From: Methanobacteriota archaeon | Lineage (GTDB): Archaea; Thermoplasmatota; Poseidoniia; Poseidoniales; Thalassarchaeaceae | DNA: 64,000 nucleotides | Direction of reading: 5' to 3' | NCBI GenBank assembly: GCA_016845365.1 | Contig: JAERST010000011.1 | Coordinates: 1,044 to 65,043 of the forward strand | In this document: positions 29,099-38,000 of the stretch, piece after piece | Layout of the letters: the number at the start of each line of letters is the position of its first letter | Numbering within the stretch: the first letter of the stretch is position 1 | Program-made: the position numbers and the translations under genes | The notes under the pieces: generated by a model | What the model was told of the DNA's origin: nothing | Databases searched by the model: none | What the model saw: the letters and a program-made list of their open reading frames with translations, nothing else

Positions 29099-29763
29099 GT
29101 CAATTCCTCGCCAGCGGTAGGCTCTCCGACATCACCGGTTGGGACCTGAGGTTCGAGAACCATCACGACCCCACCTGGTGCTAGAAGGTCGAAGGCGTTG
29201 GCAGCGGCTTCAGCCCGCTCTAATTCTGGTAAATCGATGATGACTAGGTCGATGGGCTGAGGCAATGGAGCGGTACGGGCTGCATCAGGCAGTGCCGCTC
29301 CCGCTGCGTTCCACGAAGCGGTTTCAGCAGCGACCTCGTTCCAAGAACGCGTCAATACTTGAGCCCACGAGGTCGCGTCATAACGGCGTAGCAGTCTATC
29401 GATAATCACGCCGAATTTTCCGCCCTCCTCAATGACTCGAAGTGTATCTGGGCGGTGATTTGCTGAGGGGGTATCCGAGGCGGGGTCACCGCACCATAGA
29501 TCCATCATCCAAGCGGTGAGGTGCCCAATGCCCCCACCAACAATGACAACATTACGCGCTGGCAATCTACCGGCAATATCTCGAATCCGCGCGCGGACTG
29601 AACGAGTTAGAGGTCGCAAGTCCATGTGGAGCATCTGCTCCCCGATTGCCGCGGCAATCTCAGGCTCCTCATCGACGCGGCTTTCATCAGCGCTAACCAA
29701 CCTCTCAAACATCTCGCGCTGAGACATCTGTGGCAGACCCAATCCACCCCCGATATCGCTCAT
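28969..29763 (-). CDS. Putative class I SAM-methyltransferase-fold protein
   Basis: VVIVGGGIG (motif I-like), IDLVIID, LLAPGGVVMV. Confidence 0.6.
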   Translation of the reverse strand: MSDIGGGLGLPQMSQREMFERLVSADESRVDEEPEIAAAIGEQMLHMDLRPLTRSVRARIRDIAGRLPARNVVIVGGGIGHLTAWMMDLWCGDPASDTPSANHRPDTLRVIEEGGKFGVIIDRLLRRYDATSWAQVLTRSWNEVAAETASWNAAGAALPDAARTAPLPQPIDLVIIDLPELERAEAAANAFDLLAPGGVVMVLEPQVPTGDVGEPTAGEELTQAQQVVASFNRWMEFVRRVDSEHSAAFVELTGGTLGVFLRSA

Positions 29764-29841
29764 GAAGCGCCCTCGGGTGGCCCTCTCTTGAACCATCCCT
29801 CGCGCGGATGGCTTCAAGAGGAGCAGTCCTGCCGCCGGGTC

Positions 29842-30537
29842 GTGACCGATAGTCAAGACGAGGAGCAGCCCGTCGATGTCGCGGAGTGCGGCAGCTGCGC
29901 TGACTTCACTGAGCACGAGGTGCTGCGCCGTTCTGCAAAGGGCGCCGGCGAGGACCTTCTAGTCCAATGCAAGGATTGTGGCGGGGTCCAAACTCTACAC
30001 CTTCGGCCGGGTAAAGCGGTTGGAATTACCACCATCCTCTCCGATGGTGCTGAGAGCCATACCGACAAAGTCGAGGCCGACGAGGATGAACTCATAGGGA
30101 TCGGGGAAGTTTTCGAACACGCAGAAATTCTCTATCGTATCACACGACTCGACGACGAAAAGTCTCGCCCACAAAATTCCATGGTCGCTGGTGAAATCTC
30201 AACTATGTGGGCTGTCCGTTGCGATAAGGCGATTGTTCGCTTGACGATGACCGATGGGGAGGAGAGTACGTCGAGAACAATCGAATGCACTCCGGACGAA
30301 ATTTTCTCTTGCGGCTCAATCATGGAAATCGACGGTGTGCGATGGCGCATCCGAGCCTTGCACACCGGTAAAGGAAGAACGCTTCGTGGTAAGCGCGCGG
30401 CTATCGATATTCGTCGCATCTACCTTCACCTCCCATACGCGCGCTCCGGCGGCGACGAGCGTCGCGACTCACGAGGTCCTCGCAGAGATGAGTGGGCCGA
30501 GAGAAATGACCACCGGCACGATGCTCGCCGCCGATGA
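29842..30537 (+). CDS. HVO_0476-like archaeal zinc-finger protein
   Basis: CGSC...HEVLR...VQCKDCG; 'AIDIRRIY' end motif; GTG start. Confidence 0.75.
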   Translation: MTDSQDEEQPVDVAECGSCADFTEHEVLRRSAKGAGEDLLVQCKDCGGVQTLHLRPGKAVGITTILSDGAESHTDKVEADEDELIGIGEVFEHAEILYRITRLDDEKSRPQNSMVAGEISTMWAVRCDKAIVRLTMTDGEESTSRTIECTPDEIFSCGSIMEIDGVRWRIRALHTGKGRTLRGKRAAIDIRRIYLHLPYARSGGDERRDSRGPRRDEWAERNDHRHDARRR

Positions 30538-30547
30538 TTCGGAAAAA

Positions 30548-31522
30548 TCAACGTCGATTAGTCCACGGCATGATGATGCTTTTGGCGATATGCCAGGCGA
30601 CATCGGGATTCTCGCGCAGTCGCCTGATACTGTACTCATACCATCGGCTTCCGTAGGGGATGTAAACTCGGGTTCGGTGGCCATCTGAGGCTAATTTTCG
30701 GCGTACGTTTCCTCTGACACCGAGCAACATTTGGAATTCGTAACCCGGGCCTTTCCCCTTGCGTGGACCCCCCGCTTCTGCTCTCGGGTCTGGGATGTTT
30801 GGCCCCATCCCCCTCTGGCTCAGAGCGGACAGAGAATGGTCGATTACCGGCATATCGTGGGATGCAATCGCTGTGTACGAACCGGCATCTAGCAATTGGT
30901 CGATTGCTCGGTTCGTGGCCTCTACAATTTCACGGTAGCCGGTGTGCGCAATCTGCTCTGATTCGAGGTAAATTCCCTTGCAGATGCGCACATCCGAAGC
31001 GCCCGAGAGGGCGCTCGCAAGATTAGCGATATCTGATTCGGTGCGGAATAGTCTGGCCTGAATTACCGTGCCGATATTGGTTAAGCCCAATTTGTGCATC
31101 TCGGTCACCAGATCGATTGTTGGTTGGGTGACTCGGTGGTCTTCCATATCGAGGCGAACGAAAATCTCGTTCTCAGCAGCCTGTCGAGTTATTCGCTCAA
31201 TATTTGCTGTCGCGGCCGCCTCATCGATTAACAATCCAAAAGCGGTCGGTTTGAGGGAAATATTGGCGTCAAAATCCTCTGCGACGATGGCGTCGAGGAC
31301 TCTCGCGTATTCTTCGACGAAGAAGTCGGCTTCTTCCAGACTGGTTATCTCCTCACCGAGAACATCGATTGTGAAACAAGCCCCCTGCGAGCCTAAATCG
31401 CGCATCACTTTGAGCGCGCCATCAAGGTCTTCGCCCGCAACGTAGCGGTTGGCGACCCAGCGGATAACGAAGCGCGGAGTGATTGGCATCGCCATCATGA
31501 TCAGCCTGCCCATGATGCCCAT
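30548..31522 (-). CDS. Proline dehydrogenase (monofunctional)
   Basis: RYVAGE, SLKPT, VRLDMED, RICKGIY, ASHD, EFQMLLGV, YIPYG..WYEYSIRRLRE. Confidence 0.93.
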   Translation of the reverse strand: MGIMGRLIMMAMPITPRFVIRWVANRYVAGEDLDGALKVMRDLGSQGACFTIDVLGEEITSLEEADFFVEEYARVLDAIVAEDFDANISLKPTAFGLLIDEAAATANIERITRQAAENEIFVRLDMEDHRVTQPTIDLVTEMHKLGLTNIGTVIQARLFRTESDIANLASALSGASDVRICKGIYLESEQIAHTGYREIVEATNRAIDQLLDAGSYTAIASHDMPVIDHSLSALSQRGMGPNIPDPRAEAGGPRKGKGPGYEFQMLLGVRGNVRRKLASDGHRTRVYIPYGSRWYEYSIRRLRENPDVAWHIAKSIIMPWTNRR

Positions 31523-31549
31523 GGCGGCCTTCGTGTGACGGGAGCACTT

Positions 31550-32491
31550 TCACGATTGCTCAGGTAGGAAGTCACGACCTCGGCGGACTTCTACACCCAT
31601 TTTGGCGAGTTCTTGGATGATTGCATTCCGCTGCCAACCCTTGAACGATTTGCGGTCGAGATGGGCGAATACATTGCCCCCCGGGTAGGCTTGACGAGTC
31701 TTCTCGACGGCCTCGCGCAAGCTGTGTTTCCATGGTCCTGGTGCGTCATCTTCGCTGGGTTCATCGAAAACGAGAGCGTAATTTGCTAGGAGATGACCGA
31801 AATCTACCCCGCTTCGGATGATAACATCGGTGTGGCGCGGGGCGTAATGTCCTCCGCCTAATCCCAACATCACCTCACCTTGGCCGGTCCATTCGCCGAG
31901 GGGTTGGTCGCCTTCTAGAGCGAGAACTTTGGACAGGACTCGCGCCCAACAATCGGCTGCATCTTTGCGCACCCACTCGGATTCTTTCGAGCCGATCTCG
32001 AGGTATAGCGTGGGTGCGGTCAGAACCGGACCGTGATGAGTCGTCTCGAGTGTAAGGTCGAATTCATCTGCGAGGCCCGACGCGATTGCATCGGTTCTGA
32101 GTTCGCGAAAAAGTGCTGCAAATCGAGGACTTGGTGGCACCGCGACCCCCTTGCGGCCGCCCGCAAATCCTCTCTCACCATGAGGGATTTCTCCCGGTAC
32201 CCCAATTGCGTGCAAGGTTAGAGAGGGTCGTCCGCTCTTTGCCACGTGTCGGGAAAGCACGAGGACTTCGTCGACTGATTCACCGACGGCGGCCGAGTGA
32301 ATTTCGTCGATGCCGTCGGCGTGAATATGCAATTCTTCGATTGAAAGCAAATGGATTGGGCGAGCGATGTGTCGTTGAACCACCCCGTGGTCAAATTCCT
32401 CGGGCTCGCCCCAGCCCTCGAGGCGTCGAACCGCCTCGAGTAAATTCACTGAGGCGCTATCCGCCTCAGACGCCAGCAGCAGGGTGACCAT
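31550..32491 (-). CDS. dtdA: D-aminoacyl-tRNA deacylase (archaeal DTD2/GEK1)
   Basis: LSRH, LTLH, ETTHHGP, LEIGS.E.EW, GLGGGHYAP, DRKS. Confidence 0.9.
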   Translation of the reverse strand: MVTLLLASEADSASVNLLEAVRRLEGWGEPEEFDHGVVQRHIARPIHLLSIEELHIHADGIDEIHSAAVGESVDEVLVLSRHVAKSGRPSLTLHAIGVPGEIPHGERGFAGGRKGVAVPPSPRFAALFRELRTDAIASGLADEFDLTLETTHHGPVLTAPTLYLEIGSKESEWVRKDAADCWARVLSKVLALEGDQPLGEWTGQGEVMLGLGGGHYAPRHTDVIIRSGVDFGHLLANYALVFDEPSEDDAPGPWKHSLREAVEKTRQAYPGGNVFAHLDRKSFKGWQRNAIIQELAKMGVEVRRGRDFLPEQS

Positions 32492-32593
32492 GTCCAACGC
32501 TGCTCACCAGCAGACTTCAATTCATCCTCGACCGGAATTTGTCTGACCCCGCCCGAACCACAGATTCAAACACCCTCGCAGAAAGTTCAGCGC

Positions 32594-33490
32594 ATGAGCC
32601 GAATCATCCCCTTCACCCCGACTCGGGTAGATTCGGGAGAATCTGAGCACGTCATCATCGGGACCCTCGGCGAATTGGCTAGAATCGATGACAAGGGTGA
32701 TGCCATTGGAGAGGTGGTCAGCCCTTTTCCTGCCGCCGTCCCCTGCTCAACTCAAATCGACGGCGGCTGGCTCGGAGTTTGGGTCGAGCCAGAGCAACGC
32801 CTCGCCCGCATGGCTCGACTAAGATTCGACTCAGAGTGGCAGAATGGAATCGCCAAAGGCGAATTGCGTTCGCATCGCTCGAGCACCATTCAACCGGCTG
32901 AAGCAGATTGGAGTCGAGCGATGGACGCAGAACCAACTGCGGTTTGCAGAACCGAGACTGGATTCTGCTTCGCCCTCCGCAGTAAGGGCATCTATCATCT
33001 CGATGAGGAGGCAAATGAAATCTGGAGGGCGATGTTGCCCTCGGTTCTCGATGGGCGACGACGAGGCTTGGAAACAGCCCTCTCGATTCACCCGACAGAA
33101 GATATTCTGAGCATTTGGTACGATAATGGACTGGTAGTCGATTTATCGATGAAAGATGGAATCGAAATTGACCGCCGCAGCCTCAAAACTCCGGAACGAA
33201 TCGATGCTATTTTTCACAGCGAAAATGAGCATCTCATCGCGCTCTCCGGCGGCGGTTTCTGCATTCAAGATCACAACGGAGTTCTCGAATCCCACTCAAC
33301 CCACGGGCCGGTGATGGCGGCGAGGTCTGTCGACGGGGCGTGGGAATTCACTGGTTGGAGACACGATGGGCGTCTCTCAGAGGGTAAACTCAGCCTAAGC
33401 GAAAGGCCAGAAATCGGCGTGGGATTCGTCGGTCAGCGTATTCTGACCAACGATGGAACGCTGAGCGATTTCCAATTCACTCGTTCTTGA
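32594..33490 (+). CDS. Hypothetical protein, possibly a beta-propeller
   Basis: 298-aa ORF filling the gap; beta-rich, with '[14 protein letters not shown]'. Confidence 0.6.
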   Translation: MSRIIPFTPTRVDSGESEHVIIGTLGELARIDDKGDAIGEVVSPFPAAVPCSTQIDGGWLGVWVEPEQRLARMARLRFDSEWQNGIAKGELRSHRSSTIQPAEADWSRAMDAEPTAVCRTETGFCFALRSKGIYHLDEEANEIWRAMLPSVLDGRRRGLETALSIHPTEDILSIWYDNGLVVDLSMKDGIEIDRRSLKTPERIDAIFHSENEHLIALSGGGFCIQDHNGVLESHSTHGPVMAARSVDGAWEFTGWRHDGRLSEGKLSLSERPEIGVGFVGQRILTNDGTLSDFQFTRS

Positions 33491-33641
33491 TGGTGTGACC
33501 GCACTTTCCGCATGACTTGCGGTCTGCATGGACTCCGAGGAAAACTCCCGGGCCGCAGGTTGGGCAGGTCTCTGCGCGGACGAGGGTGTCGCCTTCGATT
33601 TGGTACTTTGACCACTTTGCGTTTGCGTTTGGGTCTGCCAT
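33477..33641 (-). CDS. rps27ae: 30S ribosomal protein S27ae (54 aa), not in the ORF track
   Basis: [54 protein letters not shown]; directly follows rps24e. Confidence 0.93.
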   Translation of the reverse strand: MADPNANAKWSKYQIEGDTLVRAETCPTCGPGVFLGVHADRKSCGKCGHTIKNE

Positions 33642-33943
33642 CACTCATCGCCTCCCTCTGGTGCTGGGTTGAGCTTCGCGTGCCGCTTGTGCACATACTC
33701 TGGCTCCACGGTTGCGGCCTCGGAATCAGCGTAGATTAGCGCGAGGCCGGTCGTCTGCGGACGGCCGTACCGGGTGTTGACATCCTTGACGAATGTGAGT
33801 TCCTTCTTCGAACCTGGTTCCGCCTTGGCTGCAGCGGCGACCATCTCAGCGAGAGTTGGTGTTGCGCCGCTTGAATGCTCCCAGCGGAAGCTGAGTTCGA
33901 CTCGGTTTAACAATGGATTCTCTTTCCTTTCGATTATCTCCAT
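33641..33943 (-). CDS. rps24e: 30S ribosomal protein S24e
   Basis: [29 protein letters not shown]. Confidence 0.92.
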   Translation of the reverse strand: MEIIERKENPLLNRVELSFRWEHSSGATPTLAEMVAAAAKAEPGSKKELTFVKDVNTRYGRPQTTGLALIYADSEAATVEPEYVHKRHAKLNPAPEGGDE

Positions 33944-33956
33944 ACAGATTCCTCCT

Positions 33957-34175
33957 TCAGCGGATATTCACCTTCAGTGCGTACGACCCTGGCTCGCTGA
34001 CGTTCAATCGCTGCGCAACCTCGGATCGCTTTGGGTGCATGATTACCACATAGCCCGACCAATCAGTTGTGACTGGAGCGGATGGGCAGTGCATGCACTG
34101 GACAGGGTCGTTCTTACTTGGCGGGTCGGGCAAGATGCGGTTGCACTCGCCACAAGCAAAGGGTTTCTTGACCAT
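33957..34175 (-). CDS. spt4: Transcription elongation factor Spt4 (RpoE'')
   Basis: ACGEC.RI...CMHC...TTDWSGYVVI.HPKRSEVA...PGSYALKV. Confidence 0.93.
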   Translation of the reverse strand: MVKKPFACGECNRILPDPPSKNDPVQCMHCPSAPVTTDWSGYVVIMHPKRSEVAQRLNVSEPGSYALKVNIR

Positions 34176-34177
34176 CT

Positions 34178-34726
34178 TCACTCACCCTTTGCTAGCCAAT
34201 CGTGGGCACCAAGACCCGACATCTTGCAGTTCAATCCGATCTTACTCGAGCGAGGATCGTTCTGGTTAATCGCCTTCGAGACGATGCGAGAGCGGACGAA
34301 GGAACCCTCTTCGATATGCTTGCCAGTCTGGGATCCTTCGATGCGTCGAATTCCCATGTTGACTTGGACCGGCTCATCGAGAATCTGCGACTTGTGGAGC
34401 AGAGCCTCGATTGGGCCGATGCGGACGAAGGCGCCGTACTCGGAGACTTCCGAGACTGCGCCATCGACGACTTCGTTGGCTTCCATTGTAAAGTGAAGAG
34501 CCTTGAATCGGACGCGCTGGTAGATTGCACCATCGCCGTGGATAATCTTCCCGCGTCCGACGGTTTCGTGACCGAAGGTCAGCAGAGTGTAATTCTCATC
34601 CTCATCGAATCGACCCTCGAAAGCGGCGTGAGCCAACTCATCGATGTGGTCCTCGAGCTTTCGATCCTTGCGGATGTACTCCGCAGGAATGCGGATGGTG
34701 TCCTCCATGGTCACGAGACTGTACAT
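34178..34726 (-). CDS. rpoE1: DNA-directed RNA polymerase subunit E' (Rpo7)
   Basis: EDTIRIP, GKIIHGDGAIY, S1 domain YGAFVRIGPIEALLHKSQI, KIGL..GLG..DW. Confidence 0.95.
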   Translation of the reverse strand: MYSLVTMEDTIRIPAEYIRKDRKLEDHIDELAHAAFEGRFDEDENYTLLTFGHETVGRGKIIHGDGAIYQRVRFKALHFTMEANEVVDGAVSEVSEYGAFVRIGPIEALLHKSQILDEPVQVNMGIRRIEGSQTGKHIEEGSFVRSRIVSKAINQNDPRSSKIGLNCKMSGLGAHDWLAKGE

Positions 34727-34745
34727 TTCCTTCTCCTCCAATCGC

Positions 34746-34859
34746 CGGACCGCTCCGAGGTCAGTCGGAGGAAAGGCAGGTTAACCCTCCCGTCCCTCAT
34801 CGGCTGTGCCTCCAGAGGAGAGGTCCGTGCGACTCGCCGACCTGCGCCCCTCCTATAAG
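34746..34859 (-). promoter_or_regulatory. TATA-like box and structured 5' leader of the rpoE' operon
   Basis: CTTATA on the minus strand at 34854-34859; leader ends CGGACCTCTCC and GGAGCGGTCCG pair. Confidence 0.5.
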
Positions 34860-35052
34860 CGCAACGGATGAGGCTACGCCTCCCCAATCGGTCGCCTGAG
34901 ACACCTTGATTGGTCGGCGCGGGTTGATTTTCACTCTTGAATTTCGGGCGGCGCTGGAGGTCGGCGTTCTGGCAAGTCTGCTCAGACCGTAGGTCTGAAC
35001 GAGAGTATGGCCCGAACGTTCAAGTGGCTCGGAAAGCCGAACTTCGCCTCTG

Positions 35053-38000
35053 ATGAGCATGCGGTCTGCTGGTTTCGGCGATTTTGAGAGGCAAAAGGCG
35101 GTGCTCGCCGTGGCCTCATTGCTACTTCTCTCGTTCTCGCCGTTATTTTTGGGCGGGGCATCGCAAGTCGCGGAGCCGCGGGATTCGCTTGATGATTCAA
35201 TCTCGGATCAGGCATTTACCGGCATCATCGAACCATGGACTGACGGAGACCAACCTTGGCCTCAGCCAGGACGTCATGCTGAGCGCACCTCTGCTGGCCC
35301 TGCACACTCGCCCGATGGTGGTGCTGGAGTCGGTGCGCCTGCCGATGCCGCGGAGCTGGCATCGGTTGTCGACCCGGTAGTCAATTGGGTGTACGGGTCG
35401 TATTCCATTGGTACTGATGCGCTCGGCACGCCGGTTGCTGACCTTAGTGCTTCAATCGTAACCGAAGATGCTGCGGCCGAGCGCTGCGGCGGAGATTCCC
35501 TGTTTACCATCATTGTTCAGACCGTTGTTGTGGGTGGGAGCGACCACAGTGTGTTGCGGATTATCGAGGGCGAGGATGCGGATTTGGCTTGGGAGGTCGA
35601 CTTGGGTGCGACAGAGATTGTCAAGGCATCTCCGGTTGTCGTCGACCTCGACGATGACGGCATGCAGGAGGTCTTGGTCGTCTACGATGCGGCTGGCACG
35701 ATGTTTGTCGATGCTTACTCACCTCGGCTCCAATGTTCTGTAACGGGTTGGTCGCCGGGCGGTTCAAAGAGTGGTGAATTATTGTGGACCTACAGTGATG
35801 ATGCTCTGCGGATTAGCAGTTCAGATGGACCTTACACTTCTTCATTATTCGGCGGTCACAAACCGACTACTCAACCACTTCTGGCAGATTTGGACCTCGA
35901 TGGCGATGCTGAACTTGTCTTAGCCGCCATCGACGAAATTAGCGAAGACCCAGTCATCGTGGCTCTTCCTTTGGGTGCTAATGGCGCTCCGACTCCAATT
36001 TGGGAGTCGACCTTGCAGGATGGCAGTCATCCCTCCGACCCCGCATTTGCACAGGTCGACGATGAGACCGCATACGTCTTGCTGACCACGACTCAGGCCT
36101 CTAGTGGCGCGATGTGGGTGTGGAAACTCGATTCGGCTGATGGTGACCAGAAATGGGGTGGATTGAGTTTAGCCAATCTCGATGGAGACTCAGACGTACC
36201 GCACATTCGCCTTCCCGGACCGGTGATTGCAAACCTCGATTCGGATTCCTCTCCTGAAATGATAATCACAATTCCAACAGATGCAGATGGTTCTACTACC
36301 GTCGACGGGGCAGAATACCGCGGTTTGGAAATTGATGATGGGGCTGAAATTTGGTCATTTGAAGCGGTGAATGGTTACGCCGATGCACCTCCACTCGCGG
36401 TCGATACCGACGATGATGATGTCATCGACCGCGTATGTTGGATTTCCTGGTATCAGGAAACTACCGCTCGCCATGGCCATGCAGGTTGCCACGATGTCTC
36501 TGGCAACAATCCCCAATTGGATTGGCATCACGATTTGGAACAATCGAGCGGTTCACCAAATGATGAGATCGCCGTCGCTCAACCAATTTGGATGGATATC
36601 GACGGCAATGGTGCGCCAGAGATGCTGGTAGCTTATGGGCGCACTCTCTGGGCTTGGGATGGCGATTCCGGAACACAAGCCTCAATCAATGACAATTGGA
36701 ATGACGAGGTCGAACTCGACCACAGGACTTGGTCTTCGCCAGCCCTCGCAGATGTCGATGGTGACGCCACGCTCGACATCATTCTCGGCGACACGGTCGT
36801 CTCGACAGCAATCGCCGACGTTCGGCCCTTACTCGACGGGCGCGCAATCGAGTTCAATCCGAGCGCGCCCGACCCCGGCGAGGAAGTGACTGTAACGGCC
36901 TTCTTTGAGAATGCAGGAACTTCCGAAGCCGACCGCGCGGTGGATGCAGTACTGTTTGCGGATGGAATCGAGATCGCCCGCCACCGCGCTGAAACTCTCG
37001 AACCGACAGACCCGACTGGTTCAGCAGGCTTCGAATCCTTCTCAGTCGAATGGTCTGGAGCACTCGGCGAGCATGAATTCGAACTCGTGCTCGACCCGTA
37101 TCAGAATGTAACTCAATCAAGATACGATAACGATGGACAGGTCACCACTCTGACCATCGTCCCGCCATACAATGCAACATTCGAGATGCCGACGAACCCC
37201 GTCCGCGTGAATCCAGGAGAGTCCACGATAGGACAGCCGACAGTTCGCTCGACCGGCCGCTTAGCAGGAATCTGGAGTCTCAGCGTTGACTCATCCGCTC
37301 TGCCTGAAGGATGGACTTGGAGCGACCAGACACCCGGCGGGATAACCAGCATCGAAATCGCCACCGATTCGACCTGGACGCCCTCACTCAGAATCCACGC
37401 GCCAGTCGACGCTGCGGGTTCGGACGCGGGTCATCTAACGCTGACGCTGACACTCGATGAAGACTCAAACGTCAGCGTTAGCGGAGTGTTACCAGTTGAA
37501 GCAAATCGAACTAGAGGCCTCTCGATTAGAGGGCCGTCAGGCACAACCGCCAGCATAGGATACGGATTGATTGGCGAGTCTGCGAAGGCTTGGCTAATCG
37601 TCGAAAACCTCGGTAATGCAGACGAGAACTCAATCTCTATGTTCTGGGATAGCACCGCTTGGGATTCAGCAGACAATAACCTCGCCCTTCACGATGAAGA
37701 TGGAGCGGAAATTCCAGCCCTAAGACTCGACGCGGGTGAGCAACGAATCGTAACTGCCCGCTTGGGAGTCCCCTCCGATGCAAATCTTGCAGATAGTGTT
37801 TCAACTCCATTGACGATGTGTGTTGGAAGTGGCGAGGAAGAAACATGCCAAACAGTCAATCTACAATTCATCGCGACCGCTGTGATTTCCGAGACTGACC
37901 ATCAACGAAGTATGCCCGAGAACACTCTGGAGTGGACGATAACGGCCGACTTACCTTCTACCAGTGGTGTTCTCGACTGGAGCATCAACGATGCGGGAAT

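Noticed and set aside
33774..34858. Long + strand ORFs (240 and 218 aa)
   Set aside because: Antisense to well-supported rpoE'/spt4/rps24e genes
34860..35050. Possible SRP or RNase P RNA
   Set aside because: Only short hairpins (e.g. TCAGACC-GTA-GGTCTGA); diagnostic motifs not seen
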